Shown: positions 11,720 through 23,078, counted from the first letter of the stretch. The stretch: 64,000 nt of DNA from Hyaloraphidium curvatum SAG 235-1 (GCA_025558095.1 JAIVFI010000001.1:1488001-1552000), one strand, 5' to 3'. Numbers and translations are program-made. Notes: generated by a model from the letters alone, not told the origin.

Positions 11720-13219
11720 ATGGCGGAGGAGGTTCCGCCGCAGCTGGGCGACCTGGCGACGGAGCTGCTGCTCCATGTCACGTCCTTTCTCGTGCCGCGG
11801 GCAGGAGACGCCGATCCGCCGCGTCCCTGGCTCTACATCGGGCAGAAAGTCGCGACCGGCAGATATGCTGCTCTGCTGACCCTGGCGACGGCCTCCCGGT
11901 TCTTTTTCAGGATTGTGGTGCCGGTGCTGTACAAGCACGCGACGCCGATGCTCACCAACGAGAGGATGGGCCGGCTGCTTGGCGGGGTGGCCTCGGGAAG
12001 GACAGAGTACCTGACAGCGGTGAGGTCTGCGAAGCTGCTCTTGCCTGCCTATCTTCGGCCAATGGGCACGCAGGAGTACGAGAACTTGGTCGTCGTAGAG
12101 CGAGTCGCTGAGCGGCAGACGCGTCGGGAGTGGCTGCGCGCCTTCGGACCTTCTCTCGAGGAGCTCGAGCTCATGTACCAGACGGCCTCTTCCGCAGCCG
12201 AGGGCGAGACGGGCTACGACTTTCCCGAGAGCGTGCGGGAGCTCCTCACCCGCGTGGAAGGATCCTGCCGGGCGCTCAAGAAGCTCAATCTGTCGGGGTT
12301 CGGCCTTCACGCGCACGACGGCGGCGACGCATTGCTCTACTTTGGCGGGCTCGAAAAGGACCCGCTCCTTGCTTTGGCGGACCTCACCATTGGACCGCGT
12401 GGGGAGCGCGGCGGCGGCTGGGCGGAGCTGGCCGAGCTCGGTATCTCCCTGTGCCGCCTGCCCGACTTCCCGCACCCCATCGACGCCGGGATGCTCTCCC
12501 CCCGCGCTCCGAATCTTCGCCGCCTGTCCCTGACAATGGCTCACGCCTCGGACGCGCAGCACGCCGCCCTCGCCTTCCTCTTCGGCCGGCGCATCCCCTC
12601 GCTCTCCCTGTCGTACGCCGAGTTCCAGCTCCGCGAGACGTCTGCCTCGTCCCGGCTGTGGTTCTCAGGCTTTCCCGCCCTGGTCTCGCTGACGGTGGAC
12701 AACATCATCCTTTCCCCCCGCCAAGCCGCCGACCTCTCCCCGCTGCTCCTCCGCGCGCGCGAGATCGAGCTCCGCGTGGACGGGAACCCCAGCATCCGGT
12801 TTGGACGGCACTCGGTGACCATCCGCGACCCGGAGGGCGTGCTGGGGACGCTGTGCGACGCCGCCGCGGATAAGCTGCGGGAGGGGGAAACGGGAAGGAC
12901 CGAGGTGCGGATCGCGGTAAGGGACGTGGACTGGTTCGAGATGCCCGAGGCCGAAGGGATGTGGCGGGCAGCGTTAACCGGTGCCGCCGCGGCGCGGATG
13001 GGGTGCGCGGTGTTCGATCCCGATTCCGAACCCGGTGAAGGGCGACATGGCCGGCAGGGGATCGAGGTGCGGCTGGAGCTGAAGGAGAAGACGGCGCCGG
13101 GGAGGGCGGCGGCGCTGATGGTGGAGAGGGAGGCGGGGTTCGTGGTGAGGGACCGGGGGAGGGGGAAGGTGGTGCGGATGGGACTGAGGATGGGGTTGCA
13201 ATGGGGCGAGGGGAGCTGA
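11720..13219 (+). CDS. F-box-like / LRR-like protein
   Basis: LGDLATELLLHVTSFL..LLTLATASRFFFRIVVPVLY, then LxxLxL repeats; intronless. Confidence 0.55.
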   Translation: MAEEVPPQLGDLATELLLHVTSFLVPRAGDADPPRPWLYIGQKVATGRYAALLTLATASRFFFRIVVPVLYKHATPMLTNERMGRLLGGVASGRTEYLTAVRSAKLLLPAYLRPMGTQEYENLVVVERVAERQTRREWLRAFGPSLEELELMYQTASSAAEGETGYDFPESVRELLTRVEGSCRALKKLNLSGFGLHAHDGGDALLYFGGLEKDPLLALADLTIGPRGERGGGWAELAELGISLCRLPDFPHPIDAGMLSPRAPNLRRLSLTMAHASDAQHAALAFLFGRRIPSLSLSYAEFQLRETSASSRLWFSGFPALVSLTVDNIILSPRQAADLSPLLLRAREIELRVDGNPSIRFGRHSVTIRDPEGVLGTLCDAAADKLREGETGRTEVRIAVRDVDWFEMPEAEGMWRAALTGAAAARMGCAVFDPDSEPGEGRHGRQGIEVRLELKEKTAPGRAAALMVEREAGFVVRDRGRGKVVRMGLRMGLQWGEGS

Positions 13220-13300
13220 TGCGGACGAGGATGATCGACGTGAGCGCAAGTACGCGGGGATGATCCCGATATATTCGGAACTGATAGTGAGCCAACGCCG

Positions 13301-15411
13301 TCATGTGCGAAATGTCTCGACGGAGTCGGAGCTTGGTTGGCCCGAAGTTTTCCCCGTTGATGAGTCGGCACTGGGAAAGCCCTCGTTCTTGATGCGGATC
13401 AAGTCCCTCGCAATTTCCGCCATTGTAGGTCGCTCATCAATGTTTTGTTTCCAGCATGATTTCATGAGGTCCCACACCGCATCCGGTACTCCATAGGGCC
13501 GATCTGGGAGTTTGCCGTCGCAGACTGCCACTCCCACCTGGCGGCAGAGCGAAAGTCAGGGCAAATGAGGCCGCCAAGGAGCTCTCCACTCACTTTTTCT
13601 AGTTCACACTGCAAGTAAGGCGGATATCCTTTAGAAAATACTTGGTAGCACATCATCCCGAATGACCAGACGTCCGATTGTCGGTGCAAAGGCAGCGAGC
13701 GAAAATACTCCGGGGGCGCGAATCGAAGGGATGCACCTCCCTTGCCCTGGTACTCGTAGACTGGGTTGCCGCCCGCATCCTCCACCCTTGTGCGTTTCTT
13801 GGCCAAGCCAAAGTCGGCGATCTTGGCCACCGGTGTCGGCCGGCCTTCCTCCACGACTTCCTCCACAAGGACGTTGTCGGCTTTGAGGTCCGAGTGAATG
13901 ACGCCCTTGGAGTGAAGGAAATCGATGCCGATCGCGGCCTCTGCCAGCAAGTGCAGTGCGAGGGCGGGATCCCAATCCTTGGCAGCGAGGAACTCTTTCA
14001 TGCTTCCCCGGCTATAGAGCTTCGTGATCAAGAAAGTTGGTGAAGTGCGGTAGCCAAGAAGCGCAACGACTGCCTCCCCAAAGGATCAGTGGGCCTGAGG
14101 AAGGAGGACACTGCAAAACGCACCGTTGTCGTGACCAGGCAGCTCAGACCAGATTTTTACCTCCGTCTCGAGAAGCCTGTTGGCTTCCTCAGTGTTGTAC
14201 CTTTCCAGGTACACCTTGACGGCCACGTCTTTCAGCTGTCGGTACTTCCCACAATACACTGTGCCGAAGCCACCGTTCCCGAGGCACTTTGAGCAATCAT
14301 AGGTGACGTCGGACACCTCGACCCACAACGAAGGCTTCGGATCAGGATGGGCTGCCACTGCCGCGAGTACAGCTTCCACCCTCTTGATATCCCGTTCCAC
14401 ATGCCTGTGGCCCATTGTTGCGGCCTTCCGATACAAATCCAGAGCCTTGAGCATGTTGATCGCTATGCCCAGGCCGTTCTCGTAGCACCGTCCAAGGTTT
14501 CTCAGCCCCTCCGCGTGGTCCTGGTCTGCGGCGAAGAGGTACAGCTCTGCGGCCTTCTCAAAGTTCTTCTCGACCCCGCAGCCGTTCTCGTAGCATCGTC
14601 CAAAATTGTTCTGTCCGTTCGCGATGCCCTGGTCGGCTGCAATACGGTACTGCTCTGCGGCCTTTCCGAGGTCCTTCGGGACGCCTATGCCATTCTCGAA
14701 GCACCGTCCCAGGTTGTTATGCCCGGACGCGTCTCCTCGGTCCGCTGCGTACTCGTACTGCTTCGCTGCTCTCTCGAGGTCCTTCGGGACGCCTATGCCA
14801 TTCTCGTAGCACCGTCCCAGGTTGTTATGCCCGAACGCGTCTCCTCGCTCCGCTGCGTACTCGTACTGCTTCGCTGCCCTCTCGAGGTCCTTCGGAACGC
14901 CTATGCCATTCTCGTAGCACCGTCCCAGGTTGTTATGTCCGGACGCGTCTCCTTGGTTCGCTGCGTACTCGTACTGCTTCACTGCGTACCCGTACTGCTT
15001 CGCTGCCCTCTCGAGGTCCTTCGGGACGCCTATGCCATTCTCGTAGCACCGTCCCAGGTTGTTATGCCCGGACGCGTCTCCATGGCCCGCTGCGTACTCG
15101 TACTGCTCCACTGCCCTGTCGAGGTCCTGCGAGCCGCCCAAGCCGTTCTCATAGCACCGTCCGAGGTTGTTCTGCCCGGCCGCGTTGCCCTGCTCGGCCG
15201 CCAAGAAATAGAGTCGCTTGGCCTCAGCGAGGTCCCTGGCAACACCCGTGCCATTCTCGTAGCACATTCCGAGGCCATTTTGTCCGTACGCATCGCCCTG
15301 CTCCGCTGCCATGCCGTACCATTTCGCAGCCTCGGTCGGGTTCCTGGCCACCCCGTGCCCGAAGAAGTAGGCGTCGCCGCGCCGGGCGCATTCCGCCGCG
15401 CTTCTAGACAT
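13301..15411 (-). CDS. Sel1-repeat + TKL-type protein kinase, 3 exons
   Basis: About 9 Sel1 repeats (NNLGRCYENGIGVPKD), then GNGGFG, VAVK, HSDLKADN, DFG, FAPPE, SDVWSFG, RPTM. Confidence 0.9.
14640..15110 (-). repeat. near-identical 108-bp Sel1 coding repeats (one has a 21-bp insertion)
   Basis: ctcgaggtccttcgggacgcctatgccattctcgtagcaccgtcccaggttgttatgcccg recurs 4 times. Confidence 0.9.
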
Positions 15412-15859
15412 CGTCTGTTTGTAGCGATGCGCTCCAATGGCGGACGTCTGAAGTCAATGGCGCCTGCACAGGAGCGAGTGGCTGGTGTCTAGGGCCTTGC
15501 CTGATGAGTCGGGTGAAGAAGGACCGGCCGGCCCTATTACTCCCGTCTGATTCCACAAGTTTGATGGGCTGATTGATCACCTTCGAGGATCATTTTCGAA
15601 GATTGGGGCGTGTTTAGACTGCGACCTAGCGATTGTAGACTCGCCGCGATCACCACCCTATGCAGGCTTCCTTGAACCTTCGCTAAGCCGTGAGAGTGGA
15701 AAGCAGTGCTTGAGGGTATTACCGGCATCCGGACGGGGCTGCCTGGGAGGGTGAGTGTTCAGCGTCCTCGAGAAGTTTCGTTTCCCACCGCTTCGCCGCC
15801 GGGCGCCACTTCCAGCACACCGTCACCCGAACTTCCGCTGCCCCGCGCGGCCCCGGACG

Positions 15860-17197
15860 ATGGCCGCGGCGGAGCCGACGGTGCTCCTCCGCGCGGCGGA
15901 CGGGGCCGAGTTCCCGGTCGACGAGGCGGCGGCGAGGGCCTTCAGCCCGATGCTTTCCGCGCTGTCCCTCGACGACGAGGGCGCGACGCCGGCCTTCGAC
16001 CTGCACCTTTCGGGCCCGCCGGCGGAGCTCTTTTCCGAGCTGATCGCGGCCGCGGGCGAGGAGCCGGGAAAAGTGCTGGGGAAGGCGCGGAACAAGGACT
16101 TGGTCCCACTCTTTGAGGAGTCGAGTTTCTTTGAGGCCCCGCCACAGGTCACGGGGGCCGTTGCGAGGGCCATCTTCGACAAGGCACTTGTGGGGAAGAA
16201 GGAGGCGCTGAAAGCCGTGCTCCGGCCGGACGTGGCGGCGTGCCTGCCGAAGGTTCACGCCCGGTTCGCAGCCGAGCTCGGGCCGGAGCGGAAAACCTTC
16301 CGGAACGCCCCGTCCGAGGCCGAGTGCTCGGTTGGAGACGCCCTGGACCTTGCGGTCGCGGCCCTCGCCGCCCTGCGCGCCAGCAGCGACCCCGATCACG
16401 TGAAGAACCTCGCCGGGGCTCTGGACCGCCGCCTCAAAGCCGGCCGTCCCCTGGCACCAGACGTTCCGCTGCTGCACAAGAAGCAGAACCCCGCGATCGA
16501 CGTCAGGGAACGCCCGTTCTACCTATTTCCCCCCGCGGCGCTACCGGAGCTCGCCTCGGCGCCCTCGCCAAAGGGCGCCAAGGACATTCGCGTGGCCCGG
16601 TTCCGCGCCGAAGGCGCCTCGGGCACTCCCATATCCCCGACCACCCCGCCGGTGTTTTCCAATGTACCGCATCCCCGCGTTTACCTCTTCACCACCTCCT
16701 GCTACGCCGAGGACGGCCTGGAGCGCCTCGCAGCCGTCGCCGCCGCGGCCTCCGCCGCCTCGCTCCCGCACCGCTACGAGGTTCTGCCCCCCCGCCCCGC
16801 GGACGCCACCGAGATCCCGCACCCCTCGGGCCTCGAGCTCCACCGGACCTGCGCCGCGGTCCTGGCCGTCGCCCTCGGCCCGGCGGATCCGAGGGCGTTC
16901 GTGCCCTGGCTGCTCCACTCCCTGCGGGCGCTGCCGGGGTGCGTGCCGCCCGCCACGGCCGCCGAGCTGGAGAAGCTGCTTCTGCATCCCCTGCTGGCCG
17001 GCTGCGGGGCGCATAGCTCCCCCGAAGACGTTGAAAAGAGGGTGAAGGGGTCGACGAGGCGGGCGCTGGCCGTCGCCGCGCGAGCGTGGAGGGCGGCGGG
17101 CGGGGGTATGGATGCCAGGGAGGCATGGGAGGCGGCGGTGGCGGGGCAGGAGCAGAACGGGGCCGTGAGCACGGAGGACGAGGGGTCGGACGACTGA
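15860..17197 (+). CDS. protein with N-terminal Skp1/BTB-POZ-like domain
   Basis: TVLLRAADGAEFPVDEAAARAFSPMLSAL...LVPLFEESSFFEAP resembles Skp1 POZ; C-terminus unknown. Confidence 0.55.
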   Translation: MAAAEPTVLLRAADGAEFPVDEAAARAFSPMLSALSLDDEGATPAFDLHLSGPPAELFSELIAAAGEEPGKVLGKARNKDLVPLFEESSFFEAPPQVTGAVARAIFDKALVGKKEALKAVLRPDVAACLPKVHARFAAELGPERKTFRNAPSEAECSVGDALDLAVAALAALRASSDPDHVKNLAGALDRRLKAGRPLAPDVPLLHKKQNPAIDVRERPFYLFPPAALPELASAPSPKGAKDIRVARFRAEGASGTPISPTTPPVFSNVPHPRVYLFTTSCYAEDGLERLAAVAAAASAASLPHRYEVLPPRPADATEIPHPSGLELHRTCAAVLAVALGPADPRAFVPWLLHSLRALPGCVPPATAAELEKLLLHPLLAGCGAHSSPEDVEKRVKGSTRRALAVAARAWRAAGGGMDAREAWEAAVAGQEQNGAVSTEDEGSDD

Positions 17198-17494
17198 GGC
17201 ACCAAAAACGGGCGAAGAGCTGGATGTAGTGACAGCCGCCCCAAAGCCCGAGCGAAGTGCTGGATGTAGCGACAGCCGCCCGAGCAACGATATGAAGATT
17301 CGCAAGCACGTCATTTCGCGATCTCCTTACGCCCCCTCCGCTGGCAGAGTGTTCGAGGACGAGTGGCTCTCGGGCTTCACAGTGCCTTCGTTCCGGATGC
17401 AGAAGCCTCGGATTTCCCAAAGTCCGGACGGGCTATCGGCGGGCCGGCGGGACGAGGTCCAGCCAGTCTTCACAACAGAACCATTTCCGTCGCG

Positions 17495-19170
17495 ATGCCC
17501 GACCATTCCGCAGACGGCGCCGCCAAACCGGCCACCTTCTTTCGCCCCGATGACCTCGCTGCCGCGTTTCCGCGGCCGCTGCCCCCGGCGGGCCCATGGG
17601 ACCGCGGCAGGCCCTCGAACCCGACCGCGCCGGCGCCGTGCACAGACGATGCGCTGATGGCCGCGCTGGAGCCGTACCCAACCCTGCGCACACTCGCGGC
17701 GTGGCGCTTGGCCCTGTGGTGGATGCTGCCGACACTCCTCGTGCGCTCCACCGTTTTGGGCGCGGTGAGCGCGGCCTTCTGCGCGTGCGCCCTCGTTTTC
17801 GGCGGTGGTGCTTTTGGAGCTCGCCAGTTGGTCGGCGGCTACGTGCTTGTGGCGATCTATTGCGCCGCGCTCCCCGCAGTGTATTTCGCCGGGCAGGTGG
17901 TGAGGCTGGCGCGCGCCCTGCCGGACCTCCTCCCGTCGAAGGCGGCTGCCGCGCGCGCCGGGCTGCGTTGGAACGTGCGACCTGGTCTATTTCGTGGCAT
18001 CGTCACCAAGTACATTCTTTCGCAGCACGCCATGGTGCCTGCATGGGCGCGCTCTGTGAAGGACGGGACGGCGTCCGGGACCGCGCTCAACCACCTGGAG
18101 GGCGACACGGAGTGCACGTGCTCCGCCCCACGGTGCTCCGGCGCGCTTCTGACCGCCGCTGCGCGCGACTTGGTTGCCAATCTGGCTGCTTGGTTGACCC
18201 TGCAGCTGGCGTTGTTCGTCTTTCTCTGTTGGACGCCTTTATTCTCCCTCCCGCAGGTATGGACTCACGCGTGGAGCATCTTCCTTGGGATCTGTTATTG
18301 TATGTAGTCCGCTCGGGATCAGAATGTTTTGCCGGTGACACTGCTGACGCCATCTGTGCCGCGCGGCAGGTCTCGCAGTGTTGCACTTGGCACTCGAACC
18401 TTTTGCCTCCTCGACGTTGGAAAACATGCTCTTCAGGTTGGAAGGCCGCATCCGCCGGCGGCTCGTGCGCCGTGCGCTCGCCGCCTTCCTGGACCGGGCA
18501 CGCCAGGCTGTTTTCTCGGGGCAGCCGTTCGCCACACCGCTGGAGCTCTGGGGATGGGGATCGCAAGAGGAGCCGTACATGCTTCTACACGCCGAGCTGC
18601 GGCCGCGGTGGCAGCAGACCGTGCAGTCGGACAACAATCCTATTGTCTACCCCGTCTTTATCGGCCTCACGATCCTCCTGATGGCTGCCAGCATCGTGGG
18701 TAGCCCTGCCATCCTCGGGCCCCGCCTCATCTCTCCCCCCTCCCCAGATCATCGGCGCCTGCATCCCGGCTTGGATGCTCGCCGTCCTTGCCTATTTCGC
18801 TTACGTGCTCCTCCGCGACCTGTGGCACACCGCCGTCGCAAATTCCGAGATCGCATCCCTCGGCGACCTATACTCCTCCGCGCTCGCCGAAACCAGGGAC
18901 CTCCTCGTCGCCGCCTCCCCCCCTTCCCCGGACGCCGCCGACGCGCCCCGTGCCGCGGCGCTGCGGCGGCATCTAAAATCCCACGCCGCCGCGCTGGAGC
19001 TCTACGCGGGCGAGGCCCGCGACGCGAGGCGCCGGTTCCTCGGCGTCGCCGTGGGGTTCGGCTCCTTCAGGGGCTTGCTGGTGTCGCTTGCCACAGTTGC
19101 CTTCGCAGCCTGGGGTCTGCTGAGGGGATTCGGCGTCGCAGCGACGCTGGAGACGGTGTGCCCGGGCTGA
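17495..19170 (+). CDS. family A copy 1: 7-TM membrane protein, putative gustatory-receptor-like/DUF3537-like (7TMIC), about 517 aa
   Basis: Introns 18300-18369 and 18696-18747 give a continuous frame; 7 hydrophobic segments; ends RRFLGVAVGFGSFRGLLVSLATVAFAAWGLLRGFGVAATLETVCPG. Confidence 0.75.
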
Positions 19171-19404
19171 GCAAGCACCGGCAGATCCGTAGGGCAGGAG
19201 GACTTGGAGGCCAGGCCACCCCATTTCCCGGGTGTCTGTCACGGGTATTCGACAAAGAGGAAATACACGGCCTGGATCCGCCGTCAGCGCCCGCCGCATG
19301 TTCACCTGGTTCGCGGAATCTTGGCTGCATCGCTGCCCTGAGCAAAGCGAGGCATGCGATGGATGATCGGGACGCTGGAATCGCTCCGCGAGACTTCACC
19401 AAGA

Positions 19405-19830
19405 ATGGACACGGCCATCGAGATGCCCGATGCCGCCGGCGGCTCCTCCAAGCCGACCGGCTTCTTCCGCCCCGAGGACCTCGCCGCGGCGTTCCCGCGG
19501 CCGCTGCCGCCGGCGGGGCCATGGGACCGCGGACGGCGGTCGAACCCCGCCCCTGCCGCGCCGTGCACGGAGGACGCGCTGATGACCGCACTGGAGCCGT
19601 ACCCGACCCTGCGGACGCTCGCAAAGTGGCATTTGGCTTTATGGTGGATGCCGCCGACCCTCGTCGTGCGCTACACCGTTGTCGGCGGGGTGGGCGCGGC
19701 CTTCTGCGCGTGCGCCCTCATTTTTGACGGCGGCGCGTTCGGGCCGCGCCAGCTCGTCGTCGGCTACGTGCTAGCTGCGACCTACTTCGCCGGAGTCGCG
19801 GCGACGCTCGAGACCGTGTGCCCCGGTTGA
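19405..19830 (+). pseudogene. family A copy 2: internally deleted in frame (141 aa)
   Basis: N-terminus to TM2 is joined directly to the terminal GVAATLETVCPG* at ~19790. Confidence 0.75.
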
Positions 19831-20036
19831 TCGGCGGCATTGCCAGACCTGGGCCCTCCCCTCGTCGCGTCATTGCGTGCACGATGTGTACCGCAAACTC
19901 TTGTCGAAACAAAGCTCGATGGCAAAACGAGCAACGCGAGAGACCTGTAAAGCGCTCGATGCAGCATGTGGAGTTCGACGTTTCGATGGTCGACGCTGAT
20001 CGGCGCCTCAAAACAAACAGCAGCGAGAACAGCACG

Positions 20037-20912
20037 ATGCCGGCTCCTCGCCCTCCTCCGCACCCCGTGTTTACTTCGAAGCTCCCCGACGACGGCGAAG
20101 TTCGGCGCCTCTCGTTCTCGGAGCTCGCGACGGGCCTCTACGACGTGCTCCTCCCGCTCCTCCCTTCTGAGTCCGCGAGCACGCTGGTCCTCCACAACGT
20201 CGTCAATGTGGCCCTCGTTTGCGTCGGTCTGCGGCAGGCGTGCTTCGTCGAGTTCCGGGAGGCCTTCAAGGACGGCGCGGCCGGGGAGCTCGCGAGGGCG
20301 GCCATCAGTGCGCTTGCATCGCTGGTGTCGAATCGCGCGATCGACGGCAAGCGTGTCCTCATCATGACCGACACGCGGCCTTCGAACGCGTTCGCTCTAT
20401 ACAGAAAGGAACGCGTACAACTCGCAGACGTGCTGGCGGCGCTACCCTCCCTTGGCTACGCCACTGACGGGCCGCGCAAGGACCTGTGGCTTCCCGGAGC
20501 GCGTTCCCTGGGGTACCCGATCTTCACAGAGCACCCGGAGGAAATCAATGCCCGGGACCAATGGCGTGTGCAGTGCGCTGCGGTGTTCAAGGAGCTCGGC
20601 ACGGAGGACCGCCACGTCACGGCAAGCTTCGCGCTCTACCACGCACGCTACGGCAAAGCCGACATCGTCCGGGCCAGGAAGGAGATAGAAGAACACGCGA
20701 ATGTCCTGAACGCTGCCATCGCAGGCCAGGAAGTTGCCGGGTTCCGCATAGATCGCCTGGTTGTCCTCGTGGACAGCTGGGCCGACGTGATGGAGATCGA
20801 TCACCAGGACTTGGAGGATCTGAAAAGCATCAAGGGCGCGAAGTGGGAAGGTGGCGGCTACAAGCAGGTCCCGGGAGGCTTCGCTGAGATCGAATCGGCG
20901 ACGAGCGCATGA
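20037..20912 (+). CDS. family B copy 1: uncharacterised intronless protein
   Basis: MPAPRPPPHPVF..SFSELATGLYDVL..NVALVCVGLRQAC..LGYPIFT..ALYHARYG; paralogous to 21258, 44134 and 46977. Confidence 0.75.
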   Translation: MPAPRPPPHPVFTSKLPDDGEVRRLSFSELATGLYDVLLPLLPSESASTLVLHNVVNVALVCVGLRQACFVEFREAFKDGAAGELARAAISALASLVSNRAIDGKRVLIMTDTRPSNAFALYRKERVQLADVLAALPSLGYATDGPRKDLWLPGARSLGYPIFTEHPEEINARDQWRVQCAAVFKELGTEDRHVTASFALYHARYGKADIVRARKEIEEHANVLNAAIAGQEVAGFRIDRLVVLVDSWADVMEIDHQDLEDLKSIKGAKWEGGGYKQVPGGFAEIESATSA

Positions 20913-21257
20913 CAAGCCAATTGAGCAGCGGGTCGAGGAGGTCTTCGAGTAGGGGAGCAAAAGATCTTTCACTGATGATTCTACTTTCAGCCGACCCACG
21001 TCATGTGTAGGAGACCAGCGATATTGTCCGGCTACGCGGTTTCGTTGGCGACCAGGAGTGAGGCTGAACCGACACGTCGACCCAAACATGGTGGAGACGG
21101 GGAAGAGACGGTCTGGTCAAAGGTCGATTCGGGCGGTGAATTGTGACGGGGTTTCATTTGGAATAATGGCCTGCGCTTGCTTCTCGTTCTTCCGAGGCCC
21201 GGGGAGCGCCACGTCAACGAACAACAAAACCGACCGAGCGAAGCCCTGCGAACCGTC

Positions 21258-22199
21258 ATGCCCCCTCCGCGACCATCTCCGCACCCCGCTTTCGTCTCGG
21301 AGCTCGCAAAAGATGCCCCTGTGCCCAGCTTTTCCTTCTCCGAGCTCGCTACCGGATTCTACGACGTCCTGCAACCCCTCGTCCCGTCGCCGGCCGCCCG
21401 CCTCTTCGTGCTGCACCACGTCGCCAACATGGCTCTCGTCTGCATCGGTCTGCGGCAGGCGTGCTTCGTCTGGTTCGGGGAGGGCTTCCCCGACGACCGG
21501 GCGGCACAGCTTGGGGAGGCTGCGGCGGGGGCTTTCTGCTCGTTGCGTGCGAACGGCGTCCCCGGCACCGGCAACATCGGCATCACCATCAACCGCGACC
21601 AGTCCAACTCGTTCGTGCTTTACCGCCTGGAGCGGGTTCACGTGACCGACGTGCTCGCCGCGGCGCGGGTTCTCGGGGCGGTCACCGATTTGCCCACCAG
21701 GGACCTCTGGCTTCCTGCCGCGCGGGCCCTCGGGTACCCGATCTTCACGGTGCACCCCGAGACGATACCAGCAAAGGACCAGTGGCGCCTTCAGTGCGCA
21801 ATCATCGTCGAGGAGCTGGCGACGGGCGCGCTGAGGAGGCTGGCGCTCTACCACGCCCGGTACGGAGAAAAGGACGTCGAGCGAGCGAAGAACGAGATCG
21901 AGAGACACGCAGATGCCCTGAACAATGCGATCGCGGGGGAAGAGATCGCCGAGTTCCGCATCCGAAAGGCGCTGGTGGTTTCGCAGAACTGGGAAGAGAT
22001 CGCGGCGGAGCAGAAGATCTACGAGGAAGGGGTGAAGGGCATTGTGCGCTCGGGCGGCGGGTGGGGCGAGCTGCTGGACGACATTTCGTTCCGGAGGAAG
22101 GCCGCAGGGGCTCGCAGGGAGGCGCCCGTTCCCCGGGCACGCGTTTCCGGTCTGTCGCGCAGCAGTTCGGCCACGGACTACGAGGACGAAGGCCGTTGA
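21258..22199 (+). CDS. family B copy 2: uncharacterised intronless protein
   Basis: Same motifs as copy 1; tandem duplicate. Confidence 0.75.
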   Translation: MPPPRPSPHPAFVSELAKDAPVPSFSFSELATGFYDVLQPLVPSPAARLFVLHHVANMALVCIGLRQACFVWFGEGFPDDRAAQLGEAAAGAFCSLRANGVPGTGNIGITINRDQSNSFVLYRLERVHVTDVLAAARVLGAVTDLPTRDLWLPAARALGYPIFTVHPETIPAKDQWRLQCAIIVEELATGALRRLALYHARYGEKDVERAKNEIERHADALNNAIAGEEIAEFRIRKALVVSQNWEEIAAEQKIYEEGVKGIVRSGGGWGELLDDISFRRKAAGARREAPVPRARVSGLSRSSSATDYEDEGR

Positions 22200-22373
22200 A
22201 CGTATGCAGCTCAGAACAATGGAATCCTGAATCGCGCCATCCTGGCGCGCGCCGCCCCGAGACTGAGTGATCGGAGCGGCCGAGGGGTCGCGATCGACAT
22301 CCGTTCCGCCGCTGCCACCGCCGCGGGATTCACGGGGCCGATTTCCTAGAATTGCTATTGCTGGCGACTTGAC

Positions 22374-23078
22374 ATGCCTTCGGAAGTCACCGCGGACGCG
22401 CCTGCAGCGGCGGCGCCGGCCGCTCCGGATGCGCCGCCGAAGCGCGTCCTCGCCGTCTTCTGCCACACCCTCCGGACCACCTCCTTCTCGGGCGCCCTCC
22501 TCGACGCCGCCTGCGACGCGCTGCGGAACGCGGGCCACAAGGTCGACGTGCTCGACCTCCACGCCGAGGGATTCGACCCGCGCTTCGCGCTGGCGGACTT
22601 TGCCCAGTTCGAGGGGGCGGCGATGCCCCCCGACGTGCTCGATTCGCAGGCTCAATTGGCCGCCGCGGACGCGCTGCTCTTTGTCGCGCCGGTTTACTGG
22701 TGGTCTTTCCCCGCGATGCTCAAGGGGTGGATCGACAGGGTGTTCTCCGACGGCTGGGCCTACAACTACAGCGGGAAAGGGGGCTCCAAAGGCCTGCTTG
22801 CCGACCGCCCGACGCTGATTCTGATGCCCGGTGCTGCGAGCCGGCGGACCTACGAAAAGTACACTTACGACAAGGGGATGGCGGCGGGCATCGACATCGG
22901 CATCTTCGGGTACTGCGGGATCGGCGACGTGGAGCTGGAGCTGCTGCTCGACGTGGATGATGCGGCAGCGAGGGAAAAGCACCTGGTGCTGGCGAGGGAG
23001 AAGGCGCTGGCGCTGGTGGATCCGGGGAGGAAGCCGAGAAAGAGCGGGGTGCCGAGCCTGAGGCCCAACGACGAGTGA
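22374..23078 (+). CDS. NAD(P)H:quinone oxidoreductase, flavodoxin-2 fold (bacterial-like, intronless)
   Basis: VLAVFCH..SFSGAL..DLHAEGFDP..ADALLFVAPVYWWSFPAMLKGWIDRVF. Confidence 0.9.
   Translation: MPSEVTADAPAAAAPAAPDAPPKRVLAVFCHTLRTTSFSGALLDAACDALRNAGHKVDVLDLHAEGFDPRFALADFAQFEGAAMPPDVLDSQAQLAAADALLFVAPVYWWSFPAMLKGWIDRVFSDGWAYNYSGKGGSKGLLADRPTLILMPGAASRRTYEKYTYDKGMAAGIDIGIFGYCGIGDVELELLLDVDDAAAREKHLVLAREKALALVDPGRKPRKSGVPSLRPNDE

Noticed and set aside
14640-15110. Regular repeats as a CRISPR array
   Set aside because: In-frame Sel1 coding repeats with no unique spacers or cas genes, in eukaryotic context
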